Shown: positions 1-9,005, counted from the first letter of the stretch. The stretch: 56,682 nucleotides of DNA from a virus (IMGVR_UViG_3300022929_000030:1-56682), one strand, 5' to 3'. The notes: generated by a model from the sequence alone, not told the origin. Numbers and translations: made by a program.

Positions 1-1770
1 AGACAGTCTTTGATTGCCCGTTGCGCTATACCCAGCCTCAACTCCAACAGCAGTGTTTTCAGATGCGGTGGTGTTAGAACCAAGTGCATCCCGTCCGACA
101 GCTACGTTTTTTGCGCCAGTAGTATTTGATGTCAAAGCACGGAAGCCAACAGCCGTGTTGTTATCCGCTGTCGTATTAGCCTCTAATGCCTCACGACCCA
201 ATGCAGTGTTAAACTCACCTTCCGTGTTTGTGTACATTGCACGATAACCAAATGCACTGTTACCAGATGCGGTGGTACTGGAGTACAGCGAAAACGCTCC
301 CGATGCAGTATTATATGCACCTGTTGTATTATTCGTTAGGGCTACTGCTCCAAAGCTCGTGTTGTCATTAGAAGTTGTTGTTCCCTTCCCAGCACCTTTA
401 CCAACAGAAGTGTTTCGTATCCCTGTAGTGTTGGCATAACCAGCTTCGTAACCAACAGCGGTGTTTTCGGTTGCGGTGGTGTTGGAGAATAACGCATCAG
501 CACCAACCCCAACATTGTACTGACCAGAAGTAGTGTTTCTAAGTGACCTACGCCCAACACCCGTATTATAACTGCCTGTTGCACTACCTAAAGAGTTCAT
601 CCCAACGGCTGTGTTGTAATTAGCTGTTGAAGCTGTGGCAAGCGCACCGCCACCCAAAGCAGTGTTATCGCTTCCTGTTGTTAAAGCTGTACCTGCGGTG
701 TTACCAATAGCTACGTTATTAGAACCACCTGAGGCAACACTATCTAAAGCAGTATTACCCAACGCTACGTTGCCTGTACCTGTAGGATAATTACCATCCA
801 GCTTAATCGTGCCGCTAGATACGTCAAAATTTGCGCCGACAGTAACATTCGCATTAAAACTTGCGTTACCCGCCTCAGACATATCAAGGGTAAGGGCAGT
901 AATACTAGAACCGTTATCAATACCCTGAAAAATAATATCTTCATCACTTATAAGAGATTTTATCGCCATATCTGCTGGAGTGCTGTTTGTAGATATTTGA
1001 CCAAACTGTGTGCCGCCATCCGCAAATATTATCTGCTTTCCATCAGCATCAAGAATAATATCTCCTGCAACATCTAACGTTAAATCGCCAGAAGCGTTGG
1101 TAATATTGTCCCCTGCGCTAAATACGATGTTATTACCGCCAGTCGTATTACCGTTAGCTAGAACCTCGGACAGTTCGTTGTTCGCGCCAACCTGTGTATC
1201 TACATACGCCTTGATAGACTGCTGTGTTGCCAACGCTGTTGCGCTATCCGAAGCCATGTTGTCTTCGTCAAGAATCGCAGTCACTGACACGCTACCCAAA
1301 CGCAAGCTGTCAAAAAACGCGTTGTTAAAGACGTTCGCCGCGACCGCGCCAGTTCCAGCGCCGTTAAAAAATACAACCGCTGTCGTACCCGCAGGCACCT
1401 CGTAGTCGTTACTTGCGCTATATGTCCCTTGAAACAACAAGATGCTGCGCGAACCAGACAGGTTATTCCGCACATATATAATCTTTTCCGCGTCATTCGG
1501 AGTAAGCTGCACAAACGCAGTGCCGCCCAAATCCCCGCCATCGCCAAAAATAACCAAACGATTACGTCCATTAGAAGACGCGCCATCGCTGATAGGCAAC
1601 GTGTTAGGAGATCCAGAAGACCCCGTGGCTGCAAGCGTTACAGACACCTGACCGTCAAGCGCGGTATCCAGAAGTTCAAAGTTCGTGTTCGTTGTATCGC
1701 CCCATGTGCCCGACTGTTCGCCTGTGCCGATGAGTTCGATACCGTTATTCAGTGTATATGTACTAGGCAT
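1..1770 (-). CDS. Tail fibre / receptor-binding protein, N-terminal part (runs off the window start)
   Basis: Missing from the ORF track because it has no stop in the window. Read by hand from ATG at 1770: MPSTYTLNNGIELIGTGEQSGTWGDTTNTN..., then MASDSATALATQQSIKAYVD, then many NTAVG-x-x-AL-x-x-NTT repeats typical of beta-helical fibres. The frame is open to position 1. Confidence 0.88.
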   Translation of the reverse strand, partial: MPSTYTLNNGIELIGTGEQSGTWGDTTNTNFELLDTALDGQVSVTLAATGSSGSPNTLPISDGASSNGRNRLVIFGDGGDLGGTAFVQLTPNDAEKIIYVRNNLSGSRSILLFQGTYSASNDYEVPAGTTAVVFFNGAGTGAVAANVFNNAFFDSLRLGSVSVTAILDEDNMASDSATALATQQSIKAYVDTQVGANNELSEVLANGNTTGGNNIVFSAGDNITNASGDLTLDVAGDIILDADGKQIIFADGGTQFGQISTNSTPADMAIKSLISDEDIIFQGIDNGSSITALTLDMSEAGNASFNANVTVGANFDVSSGTIKLDGNYPTGTGNVALGNTALDSVASGGSNNVAIGNTAGTALTTGSDNTALGGGALATASTANYNTAVGMNSLGSATGSYNTGVGRRSLRNTTSGQYNVGVGADALFSNTTATENTAVGYEAGYANTTGIRNTSVGKGAGKGTTTSNDNTSFGAVALTNNTTGAYNTASGAFSLYSSTTASGNSAFGYRAMYTNTEGEFNTALGREALEANTTADNNTAVGFRALTSNTTGAKNVAVGRDALGSNTTASENTAVGVEAGYSATGNQRLS

Positions 1771-1779
1771 AATTTTTTC

Positions 1780-2484
1780 CTATGCTGCTATGTCATCCCA
1801 GCCCGGAGTTTGAGACGGTGTTTCGTCACTCCATGCTGGGGTGGAAGATGGTGTTTCTGGAGTATAACTCGGATTTTGATTTGGAACAATGGTTCCCCAC
1901 ACGAGAACCTGACCCATGCTACCCGTTGCGAAAAGTCCAGATACAAGAACGTTTGCATTTGCGTTGGCTACAACTGTTCCAACGGCGCCAGTGCCCGAAA
2001 CGCCCGTAACCTCTACCGAGGCTCTAACTTCAATCGTTACGGATCCAATAGATCCTGTAGAACCCAAACCAGTAACTGGAGCATTTGCGTCTGCTTCAAC
2101 TTGTATATACCCACCATGCACAAAGGCTTGGCTTTGCAGGCCACTAGGTATGGTTATTATTGCATCCGCTTCAACAGTTGCCGAACCAACCGAACTTGTA
2201 GCGGCTAAACCTGTTACGCTTATATTCGCTTCCGCAACAACCGTTACAGAACCAACGCCACCTGTAGCTTCTACGCCCGTAGGGGAAACATTCGCCTCTG
2301 CAACAACCGTTACGCCGCCTACGCCGCTTGTAGCCTCAAGTCCAGTTACAGGGACATTCGCCTCTGCAACAACCGTTACAGAGCCAATAGCGGTTACTGC
2401 TTTTGGAAGGTCCGTTTGACCCCACGGCATATCGCCCCAACCAAAGCGGGACCAACCGCCTATTGGAACGATAATGTCAGTCAT
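1780..2484 (-). CDS. Virion structural protein with ~22-aa V/T/G/A repeats (tail or fibre associated)
   Basis: 234 aa. VTGxxATxxVGSVTVVAEAN units; 66-nt DNA periodicity visible around 2225, 2291 and 2357. Lies in the tail module. Confidence 0.7.
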   Translation of the reverse strand: MTDIIVPIGGWSRFGWGDMPWGQTDLPKAVTAIGSVTVVAEANVPVTGLEATSGVGGVTVVAEANVSPTGVEATGGVGSVTVVAEANISVTGLAATSSVGSATVEADAIITIPSGLQSQAFVHGGYIQVEADANAPVTGLGSTGSIGSVTIEVRASVEVTGVSGTGAVGTVVANANANVLVSGLFATGSMGQVLVWGTIVPNQNPSYTPETPSSTPAWSDETPSQTPGWDDIAA

Positions 2485-2912
2485 TAGGCTATCCGAACAA
2501 TTGCGTTACTTGCGTCTGCTGTTGGGAATACGATAGTAAAATCACCAGCCGTTGATGTTTTGTCTGACCCAAAATCTAACACGCAAACTGTGCGGTTGCC
2601 GTTGGTTGAATTGTAAATCAACGCACCACGAGCAGTGATCGTTGCCGAGCTAAACGTTAAATCTGCAAAATCAATAAACGCCGTTGTTCCGCTTGTAGTC
2701 GGATCAATGTTCGTCAATGTCCCGCCACCAGCAGAATAACCTGTGCCGCTAATTTCATTCGTTGCAGTATATACAGTGGTCGCCGCTGTAAACGAAGCAT
2801 TGTTATCATACAGCGCAAGTTTGTATGTATTTGCGCCTACGTTAAAATCATGCAACCCTTCAAGAAGTTCTTTCTTAAAAGAAGTGCATAAATAGTTTCC
2901 TGTAAAAGCCAT
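2484..2912 (-). CDS. Conserved virion structural (tail) protein
   Basis: 142 aa, MAFTGNYLCTSFKKELL...FADLTFSSATITARGALIYN. Recognisable marine-phage structural family; abuts the next gene. Confidence 0.7.
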   Translation of the reverse strand: MAFTGNYLCTSFKKELLEGLHDFNVGANTYKLALYDNNASFTAATTVYTATNEISGTGYSAGGGTLTNIDPTTSGTTAFIDFADLTFSSATITARGALIYNSTNGNRTVCVLDFGSDKTSTAGDFTIVFPTADASNAIVRIA

Positions 2913-2924
2913 TTAAAAGCCTCC

Positions 2925-3575
2925 TTATGTTCTTTGTATCCGTAATGTCCCACTACGATATTGATCCGTAGTCTCTTGCCCTTCGCCAAGGTTTTTCAAC
3001 CTACCCAACGCCTCCATAACACGCTGATTATATAATTGCATTAGGTTAGGATCCCCTTTCATATACGTGTAGGCTTCAACCAAACTGCCGTACAACAACG
3101 CTAACTCCGCATTTTTACTTAGCCACGTAGTGCCCGCGTCGGTTCCGGCCGTTAGACTCGCCGGACGATAAAAGTAATGCAATTCTACCGCCCGCGCGGC
3201 ATTTGGTGTTGGCCCCAAAATAAAATTGCTTACATCAAACGCGGCATAATATTTAGGATTTCCAGTGGTTGTAGGATCCGGGTTGTACGTCTGCACAAAG
3301 TCTACGTCCTTAAATTCTAAAAACGTCATGTCTGAATTTGCATCCACAAAAGACAATGAAAACGGACTTAAAAAGTCACTGGGCATGGCTAAGTATTGAT
3401 TACCCGTTGTCATTGCGCCGCTAACATTTTTACGAAACAAACTTAATTGAACATTTTTAAGTATGCGCTCTTCGGCTAACCGTATGAACAACGGCAAATT
3501 ATTTACAAACGTTGTTTCATCGTTTTCCGTATAATCTTGAATAGCTGTTTTAAGTTCCGCGTATGTAAAACTCAT
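2925..3575 (-). CDS. Putative head-tail adaptor / tail tubular A-like protein
   Basis: 216 aa. MxxTYAELKTAIQDY start, G-P-x-YYA and GPTP motifs, LLYGSLVEAY; position between capsid and tail genes. Confidence 0.65.
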   Translation of the reverse strand: MSFTYAELKTAIQDYTENDETTFVNNLPLFIRLAEERILKNVQLSLFRKNVSGAMTTGNQYLAMPSDFLSPFSLSFVDANSDMTFLEFKDVDFVQTYNPDPTTTGNPKYYAAFDVSNFILGPTPNAARAVELHYFYRPASLTAGTDAGTTWLSKNAELALLYGSLVEAYTYMKGDPNLMQLYNQRVMEALGRLKNLGEGQETTDQYRSGTLRIQRT

Positions 3576-3874
3576 GTTGTCACCGTCACACTTCCAACAA
3601 ACCCAAACGCATTAGGCGAATGAAGATTAGGGTTTTCTACAAGAGGCACGCCCACGTAAACGTCTAACGGCTCCACTCTGTCCGGTCTAGGATCCTTTAA
3701 CGCTTGCGCATCAATTACCTTCCGACGGGGCTCTAATTGAGGCTGCTTGGCCTCCCACTCGTCATACCCGACGATCATACCCGTCCATTCTTTACGCATT
3801 CGGCCCAAAGGATATCGAAAACCAGAACGGTCCGATATGCCATATGCGTTTTTGCCTAATGCGTACTTGCTCAT
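3572..3874 (-). CDS. Conserved phage hypothetical protein
   Basis: 100 aa (ISDRSGFRYP...EWEAKQPQ...DPRPD); overlaps both neighbours. Confidence 0.7.
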   Translation of the reverse strand: MSKYALGKNAYGISDRSGFRYPLGRMRKEWTGMIVGYDEWEAKQPQLEPRRKVIDAQALKDPRPDRVEPLDVYVGVPLVENPNLHSPNAFGFVGSVTVTT

Positions 3875-4542
3875 TAATTTATCCGATAATAGTCCAAACT
3901 GGGTTGAACGTTAAATGACGCCCGGTCCCGATCCTCAGTTGCCGCGCGCTCAAACTCTTCTTCGTACACCGCTTTTAAAAGCTGCACCCGATCAGGCGCA
4001 CGCTTCATGGCAATGTAATAAGCCAATCCTGCCGCCAAACACGGGTAAAACCGAAACGGCAATTCCATCGTATTAATCGGAGTATCCGCGTCGTCCATGC
4101 GAACTAACCGATCAAAAATCAAAATATCCGTACTGTTATTGGGCGCCGGCCAAACCTTTAAAGTGGGGTTTATTTGCCGATCTACAAAAAATTGCGACAC
4201 CCGAGATTGTGAACTTTTTGTAGGAATATTAAGATATTCGTCGCGGCTTACGCGTTGAATACCATAATCCACACTATCGTTACGAACCACCGCGGACAAC
4301 ACATCAATAGTATCTGCCCCCAACGAATAGTCCGTTTGACCTTGAACAACAGTAACTTGCGTTTGCGCAATAGTCCATTGATTCAACCCGCGGTTGGCCC
4401 ATTCTGCCAACATAAGGTTTAAAGATCGTTTCGCGGTACGAATGTCATAACCAGTGCGAACCTCTAAGCCACACCGCTCAAACGCCTCTTCTATATATTC
4501 GGTGACGTCTAACTCAAACGCCTTCGTACCGGAAACCGCCAT
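3874..4542 (-). CDS. Putative adaptor / head-closure protein
   Basis: 222 aa (EEAFERCG...AKRSLNLMLAEWANRGLNQW...VWPAP); located in the structural module. Confidence 0.65.
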   Translation of the reverse strand: MAVSGTKAFELDVTEYIEEAFERCGLEVRTGYDIRTAKRSLNLMLAEWANRGLNQWTIAQTQVTVVQGQTDYSLGADTIDVLSAVVRNDSVDYGIQRVSRDEYLNIPTKSSQSRVSQFFVDRQINPTLKVWPAPNNSTDILIFDRLVRMDDADTPINTMELPFRFYPCLAAGLAYYIAMKRAPDRVQLLKAVYEEEFERAATEDRDRASFNVQPSLDYYRIN

Positions 4543-4544
4543 GA

Positions 4545-4694
4545 CTAGCTCCGCTTCTTAGCTCGTTTATTAACCGCTCCACCGCCGCGCATCTTCTTAA
4601 CCATGCCGCCACCGCGCATCTTCTTAACCATGCCGCCGCCGCGCATCTTCTTAACCATGCCGCCGCCGCGCATCTTCTTAGGTCGCATTGCCAT
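4545..4694 (-). CDS. 49-aa basic peptide made of MRGGG(M/A)V repeats
   Basis: Hand-translated: MAMRPKKMRGGGMVKKMRGGGMVKKMRGGGMVKKMRGGGAVNKRAKKRS*. AGGAG RBS upstream; fills the gap between neighbours; below the ORF-track cutoff. Confidence 0.8.
   Translation of the reverse strand: MAMRPKKMRGGGMVKKMRGGGMVKKMRGGGMVKKMRGGGAVNKRAKKRS
4577..4679. repeat. 27-bp tandem repeat, about 4 copies (coding)
   Basis: Unit ccatgccgccgccgcgcatcttcttaa is repeated with synonymous third-position changes. Confidence 0.9.
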
Positions 4695-5262
4695 TTTGCA
4701 GTCTCCTATAAAGTTGTTTTCTACGGTCCATTAACTCTTGAGCGTTATACTCGTTCTTATATGTATCATAGTAACCTGTTTTAACCAAGCTGTCCGAAGA
4801 CTTTTGTACCTTTGATAGCCGTTGTATGAAAATTAAGCTGTATTCCGTATCGGTTAAAGGCTCAAAATCTATGTCTTCGACAAACTCATTTTCCTCGTCT
4901 TCCGGGTGAAATCCCATTAACCAAATATCGCGGTCAATAAACATACCCTCAGAAATAACGGTGTTTAAGTCATATAAATAATCGTGAAAATCTTCCGCAG
5001 ACTTTTTATCTGCAAGGTCCACAATTATGGCCAAATCAAACCCGTCGTCAAACTCAGAAATGCACTTATAAAGCGTTTGATATGAATTATCGTATTTAAA
5101 AAGTATTGCAACACGGTCCTCCGCCCACGCCTGTTTTGCATAAGGGCAAGGCGGCAAATCATTAAAATACGCGTTAGGTTTTTCCAAAACGTCCCGGGAC
5201 CATTGCAACAACTCTTTTACAATAACCGCCTCTACTTTTTGATCGAAAAACTCTATATTCAT
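4678..5262 (-). CDS. Hypothetical protein, DUF1415-like
   Basis: 194 aa with PCPYAK and GFHP motifs reminiscent of DUF1415 (recalled). Confidence 0.55.
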   Translation of the reverse strand: MNIEFFDQKVEAVIVKELLQWSRDVLEKPNAYFNDLPPCPYAKQAWAEDRVAILFKYDNSYQTLYKCISEFDDGFDLAIIVDLADKKSAEDFHDYLYDLNTVISEGMFIDRDIWLMGFHPEDEENEFVEDIDFEPLTDTEYSLIFIQRLSKVQKSSDSLVKTGYYDTYKNEYNAQELMDRRKQLYRRLQNGNAT

Positions 5263-5645
5263 GCCCGCGACACCGATCCTTTGGTGTGCTTACGGCGATT
5301 AGCCATCACCTTTCCGCAGCCCCGGGCCACTACAGCGCCGTTTTTAGACGACCCGTTATACGGGCGTTTGGGCTTTGTAGAGCGTATTTCTCCCCCCGTA
5401 GCAGCATACGTTACTTCGGCTGCTTTTGTGTTTTTTACGTTGGTTTTGCCCTTTTTACCTTCGCGCTTCTTTTTTGCAGCAGTAGATTTACGCTGGCTTT
5501 TTGACAAAGAACGGGCTTTGGCTATGGGCAAACACCTGTCCGGGTTTTTCTTGTCTTCAGACGTCCCGCATTCTCCCGCAATATTGCCGGAGCTATCAAT
5601 CCTAACCCATTTTTGCTTTCGCCATTTAGCTAGTTCGCCGCCCAC
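5259..5645 (-). CDS. Small basic conserved phage protein (DUF5872-like)
   Basis: Probable GTG start at 5645 (GGELAKWRKQKWV...RCLP...). The ORF track extends it upstream over another gene. Confidence 0.6.
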   Translation of the reverse strand: MGGELAKWRKQKWVRIDSSGNIAGECGTSEDKKNPDRCLPIAKARSLSKSQRKSTAAKKKREGKKGKTNVKNTKAAEVTYAATGGEIRSTKPKRPYNGSSKNGAVVARGCGKVMANRRKHTKGSVSRA

Positions 5646-5826
5646 TGCTCTTTCCTTTTGATTTTTTCGCGTAGTTGGGGTCTTTGCAGTATTTGGACGC
5701 CGCCATATTTGCATATGCTGACGGGTATGTATCAAACGTTCTTTCGGCCCACGCTTTTCCAGCAGGACAAATTTTACTGCCCTTACTTTTTTTGGAAGCG
5801 CCTTTAGATTTTTTCGAATATGCCAT
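5626..5826 (-). CDS. Small basic protein (YPSAYA motif)
   Basis: MAYSKKSKG...ICPAGKAWA...YPSAYANMAASKYCK; internal ATG at 5826 of track ORF 5626-6066. Confidence 0.65.
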   Translation of the reverse strand: MAYSKKSKGASKKSKGSKICPAGKAWAERTFDTYPSAYANMAASKYCKDPNYAKKSKGKSSGRRTS

Positions 5827-5845
5827 TATAAAAGCTTCCCTGCTA

Positions 5846-6130
5846 TCACCACGCCTTACAGGACCAGTATCTGGCCGAAAATTTGTCTTTTGCCGTGTCA
5901 CAATTGTGTCGGGCACGAAAGTTTTTACGTCTTCCCGGCTGGTCTTTCTTGATAGACATATTAGAGTCCCCAAACCGAACCAATTTAACTTCAGAGCCTT
6001 TTTTTGCCAAAACGGCACTTTTTTTGGCTTTTCCGGGAGTGCGCTTGGGTTTATTATATCCTGCAAATGTTTCTCCCCGGTATTTTAACCTTCCGGACGG
6101 CAGTCTTTCTACGTTTTTAGTTGTCGCCAT
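5846..6130 (-). CDS. Small basic conserved phage protein
   Basis: 94 aa, VRFGD...RRKNFRARHNC...SARYWSCKAW; GAGG RBS. Confidence 0.75.
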   Translation of the reverse strand: MATTKNVERLPSGRLKYRGETFAGYNKPKRTPGKAKKSAVLAKKGSEVKLVRFGDSNMSIKKDQPGRRKNFRARHNCDTAKDKFSARYWSCKAW

Positions 6131-6137
6131 AACACCC

Positions 6138-6413
6138 TCATTTGTAAAAAAACGTCATGCTAGTTACGTGGGTAAACGTTGCATGAATGTCTGTATTAAA
6201 CCTTACCCCCTCTTGAGGTATTGTCAGATCACCCGTCGAATTTGCATGAAAATCTAACGTAAATACAGTGGTTCCCGACGCGCCCCCATCACGCAAAACA
6301 ACGGACCCCGTAGAACCCGCGGAATGGTAATGAATTGCATTAAGCCGGGCCGGACCACTTACTACCGTACCCGTAGCGGTAAGATACTTTGCTTTTAAAT
6401 CCGATCCGGCCAT
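6138..6413 (-). CDS. Small virion protein, paralog 1 (possible decoration protein)
   Basis: 91 aa MAGSDLK...; aligns by eye with 6422-6694. Confidence 0.7.
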   Translation of the reverse strand: MAGSDLKAKYLTATGTVVSGPARLNAIHYHSAGSTGSVVLRDGGASGTTVFTLDFHANSTGDLTIPQEGVRFNTDIHATFTHVTSMTFFYK

Positions 6414-6421
6414 GATTACCC

Positions 6422-6694
6422 CTAACTATAAAAAACCGTCACAGAAGTACATGCTGTAAACAACGACACATAAATGTCGCTTACACGCAACCCTTCGTCC
6501 GGTATGTTTACGGAGTGGGTGTCTGACGCATTTAGGTCCATGTCCAAAACAGTAGAACCCCCGTTACCATCTGTAATAGTAAGTCGGGGACTACCGGTTG
6601 TTGTCTTAACTTGAACTTGGCGGATGCGGGCTGGACCCACACCCGCGGAACCTGTAGCCGCCAGTCGTTTAGTTTTTACGTCTGAACCAGCCAT
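6422..6694 (-). CDS. Small virion protein, paralog 2 (possible decoration protein)
   Basis: 90 aa MAGSDVK...GPARI...DG...IP-x-EG-x-R; GGAGG RBS. Confidence 0.7.
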   Translation of the reverse strand: MAGSDVKTKRLAATGSAGVGPARIRQVQVKTTTGSPRLTITDGNGGSTVLDMDLNASDTHSVNIPDEGLRVSDIYVSLFTACTSVTVFYS

Positions 6695-6705
6695 AATAAC
6701 CTCCC

Positions 6706-7167
6706 TTAACCAAGGTTATTGTTCTGAGCGTACAGAATAGTAAACCGTACTTCTCCGGCAGTAGTTGCCGCTGACGCTGTCACTGTTAGACGAATGTCCG
6801 CAGTTCCTGTATCTTCCCACGCTAACGTTCCACCTGCTTCAGTAGTTGGATATTTACGACCTGCTGTTGTACCGCTTGCAAAAGTATTTAAGATTGAGGT
6901 CGCACCGCCTACTGTGTCTCCAACACTTAGATTTGTTGTTGCGTTAGCCGCTGTAATCACATCGATCACGCAATCAATAATCTGAGAGTTTGCTGGAATA
7001 ACAACGTCTGTTACAGACGCAGCTAATGCACCACCAGATAAATCTGCTGCAAATGTCTGAGACATTACCACATTACCGGTGTTTTTGATGTTTGAACCAA
7101 GGGTTGTACCCGTAGTTTCTTTGATGGTTCCGGCTTTAATCGGACCAGAAAAAGTAGTTGTACCCAT
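6706..7167 (-). CDS. Putative capsid decoration / structural protein
   Basis: 153 aa MGTTTFSGPIKAG...IPANSQI; directly downstream of the major capsid gene; AGGAG RBS. Confidence 0.7.
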   Translation of the reverse strand: MGTTTFSGPIKAGTIKETTGTTLGSNIKNTGNVVMSQTFAADLSGGALAASVTDVVIPANSQIIDCVIDVITAANATTNLSVGDTVGGATSILNTFASGTTAGRKYPTTEAGGTLAWEDTGTADIRLTVTASAATTAGEVRFTILYAQNNNLG

Positions 7168-7282
7168 GTGATACTCCTGTCTTGGGTTAAGTCAGTCGCC
7201 CAATGCGACTGTCAGGGATACACTAAGCATACAGAAGTTTGAGAAAAAAGAAAGCATGATATAAAAACATATCTGCTAGTAA

Positions 7283-7320
7283 AATCGATCATTTTGTTGA
7301 CGTCAACAAAATGATCGATT
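7283..7320. repeat. Perfect 38-bp loopless palindrome
   Basis: AATCGATCATTTTGTTGAC|GTCAACAAAATGATCGATT; 19 consecutive complementary pairs checked by hand. Confidence 0.95.
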
Positions 7321-7326
7321 GCAAAT

Positions 7327-7354
7327 AAAAGAAAGGGGCAACCGAGGTTGCCCC
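7327..7354 (-). terminator. Rho-independent terminator after the major capsid gene
   Basis: Minus strand GGGGCAAC-CTCG-GTTGCCCC followed by TTTCTTTT. Confidence 0.85.
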
Positions 7355-7403
7355 AGTTATAAGGGAGGAGAGTATGAAATACCCCGCCCCACTATAACAT
7401 ATT

Positions 7404-8312
7404 TTACGCTCCGGGTGTACCGAAAACAGACCGCCAGTCTGAAACACCAAAGCTATAACGCTCACGTGCCTTGAACCGCATGTTTCCAGTGTCAAAATCA
7501 CCTTCCATTGCAGTTTTAATTGGCGAACGGTTAAAGTATTTGAAACCGTTTGGCGCATCAGTTTTGATAAAATATGCGTCGCTGTCTGTCAGGAAGTGGT
7601 TTACAACCGCTCCGTCGGGCAACATACCCATATTTTTCATTGCGTTGGTGTCGTTATCCGCAGTGCCCGGACGCAGATTTGAGTTCAACACTCGCTCTGC
7701 AATAAACTGCAATTCTTTTGGAATGATAAGTTTCATTCCGCGAACCGCAATTTTAAGACCACGCTCGTCGGTTAAACCCGCAATATCAATAAGCATTTGC
7801 TCCAAAGACGTCTCGTTTAAGTCTGCCGCAGTTGCCAAAAGGTTGCTTTGGTTTCCAGACAAAGTTGGGTGAGACGCAGAACAAAGTGCGGCACCATCGC
7901 CAATAGCGGAAGCGCCTGCGGTAAACGCGTTGTTTAACACGGCCGCAGCTTTGATTTGCTTGGTTTGAGACATTGACCGTGCAAGAGCCCGCGTATAACG
8001 CGCAGACAAGCGGTCATACAAGTTATCTTCCACCGCTTCCTCTGTAATAGAGAAGGCAAGTGCAATAGTCTCGTGAGAGTAACGAGCAGTGTAGGTTTCC
8101 TGTGCGTCGTCAAAGCTGATGGATGAACCCTCACCTTTTACTGGCGCCGTAGAAAAGCCCCCGAGCATAACCTCTTCCTCAAAAGCTCTGTCCGAGCTTT
8201 CTTCGTCAAAAATTTCAGAATGCTCGTTCTCGTAACGATCATATTCCAACCCAAATAGCGCATTAAGGCCGGGTTCTAGCTCTTTCGCTAGTTGTGCGCG
8301 AGAAATAGCCAT
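7404..8312 (-). CDS. Major capsid protein
   Basis: 302 aa MAISRAQLAKELEPGLNALFGLEY...RFKARERYSFGVSDWR; follows the scaffold gene and precedes a terminator. Confidence 0.88.
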   Translation of the reverse strand: MAISRAQLAKELEPGLNALFGLEYDRYENEHSEIFDEESSDRAFEEEVMLGGFSTAPVKGEGSSISFDDAQETYTARYSHETIALAFSITEEAVEDNLYDRLSARYTRALARSMSQTKQIKAAAVLNNAFTAGASAIGDGAALCSASHPTLSGNQSNLLATAADLNETSLEQMLIDIAGLTDERGLKIAVRGMKLIIPKELQFIAERVLNSNLRPGTADNDTNAMKNMGMLPDGAVVNHFLTDSDAYFIKTDAPNGFKYFNRSPIKTAMEGDFDTGNMRFKARERYSFGVSDWRSVFGTPGA

Positions 8313-8327
8313 ATTCTATATCCCTCC

Positions 8328-8978
8328 TTAAATGCCTGTCGATGTCGCGGTGGTCTGCGAATCGAAACGGCTGGTTGGAGCATTGAAGTGCGCGTTAATG
8401 CGTACAATCATCGGAATACCCGCCGCGGTATAATCGCTGTTAGCTTCATCGTCCATGATGCCAACAATACGGAGCGGAAGGGTTGCCGTGGTGTTAATTG
8501 TAGATACACCCAATGCAGAGTTAGAATTACCCGTTGAGGTAGATCCGGTGCGTGCGGAAGTGCCCAAAGACGCGTTTGCGAAAACGGCCGCTTGTGCAGT
8601 TGCGCGGTCTGTCAAAGACGCGTCTGACGCGACTTGAAACAGTTGGTTCGGGTTATCTGCTACAAAAGCTTTGACAGGATGATTAGTGTCAACGCTTACA
8701 GAGCCAGAACCGGGCCAGTAGTTAATGAACACGGGCTTCTTTGAAACCGAATCCACGTATTCTACACCCATCAGGACACCTAACGCTTGCGTAGTACCAC
8801 CATTAGTAGCACCGGCGTGGTCAATAACCCCTGCGGCCAAAGGAACGCAAAGAGAGTATTGAAAAATAGCATTAGTGTTGTTGGACGCGATTTCATACTG
8901 GGTTACACCCGTAGTATTAGCCGCAGCACCAACTAGCCCGATAGGACGAAGACCATAGGCAGTATTAGCATTTGCCAT
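8328..8978 (-). CDS. Capsid-associated structural protein
   Basis: 216 aa MANANTAYGLRP..., A/T/G-rich, immediately upstream of the major capsid gene; AGGAG RBS. Confidence 0.7.
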   Translation of the reverse strand: MANANTAYGLRPIGLVGAAANTTGVTQYEIASNNTNAIFQYSLCVPLAAGVIDHAGATNGGTTQALGVLMGVEYVDSVSKKPVFINYWPGSGSVSVDTNHPVKAFVADNPNQLFQVASDASLTDRATAQAAVFANASLGTSARTGSTSTGNSNSALGVSTINTTATLPLRIVGIMDDEANSDYTAAGIPMIVRINAHFNAPTSRFDSQTTATSTGI

Positions 8979-9005
8979 TTGATTTTTCTCCTAAGAGGGC
9001 AGCCC

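Noticed and set aside
1010-2419. Long plus-strand ORFs (1010-1405, 1429-2208, 1916-2419), and similar ones such as 50377-51144 and 52681-53253
   Set aside because: These are antisense shadows of well-supported minus-strand structural genes.
4577-4679. 27-bp tandem repeat as a mini-CRISPR or non-coding VNTR
   Set aside because: There are no spacers, and variation is synonymous within an ORF that has an RBS, so it is a coding repeat.
7283-7320. Palindrome as a telomere-resolution site of a linear plasmid prophage
   Set aside because: No protelomerase, integrase or ParA gene is recognisable; it is kept only as an unexplained palindrome.
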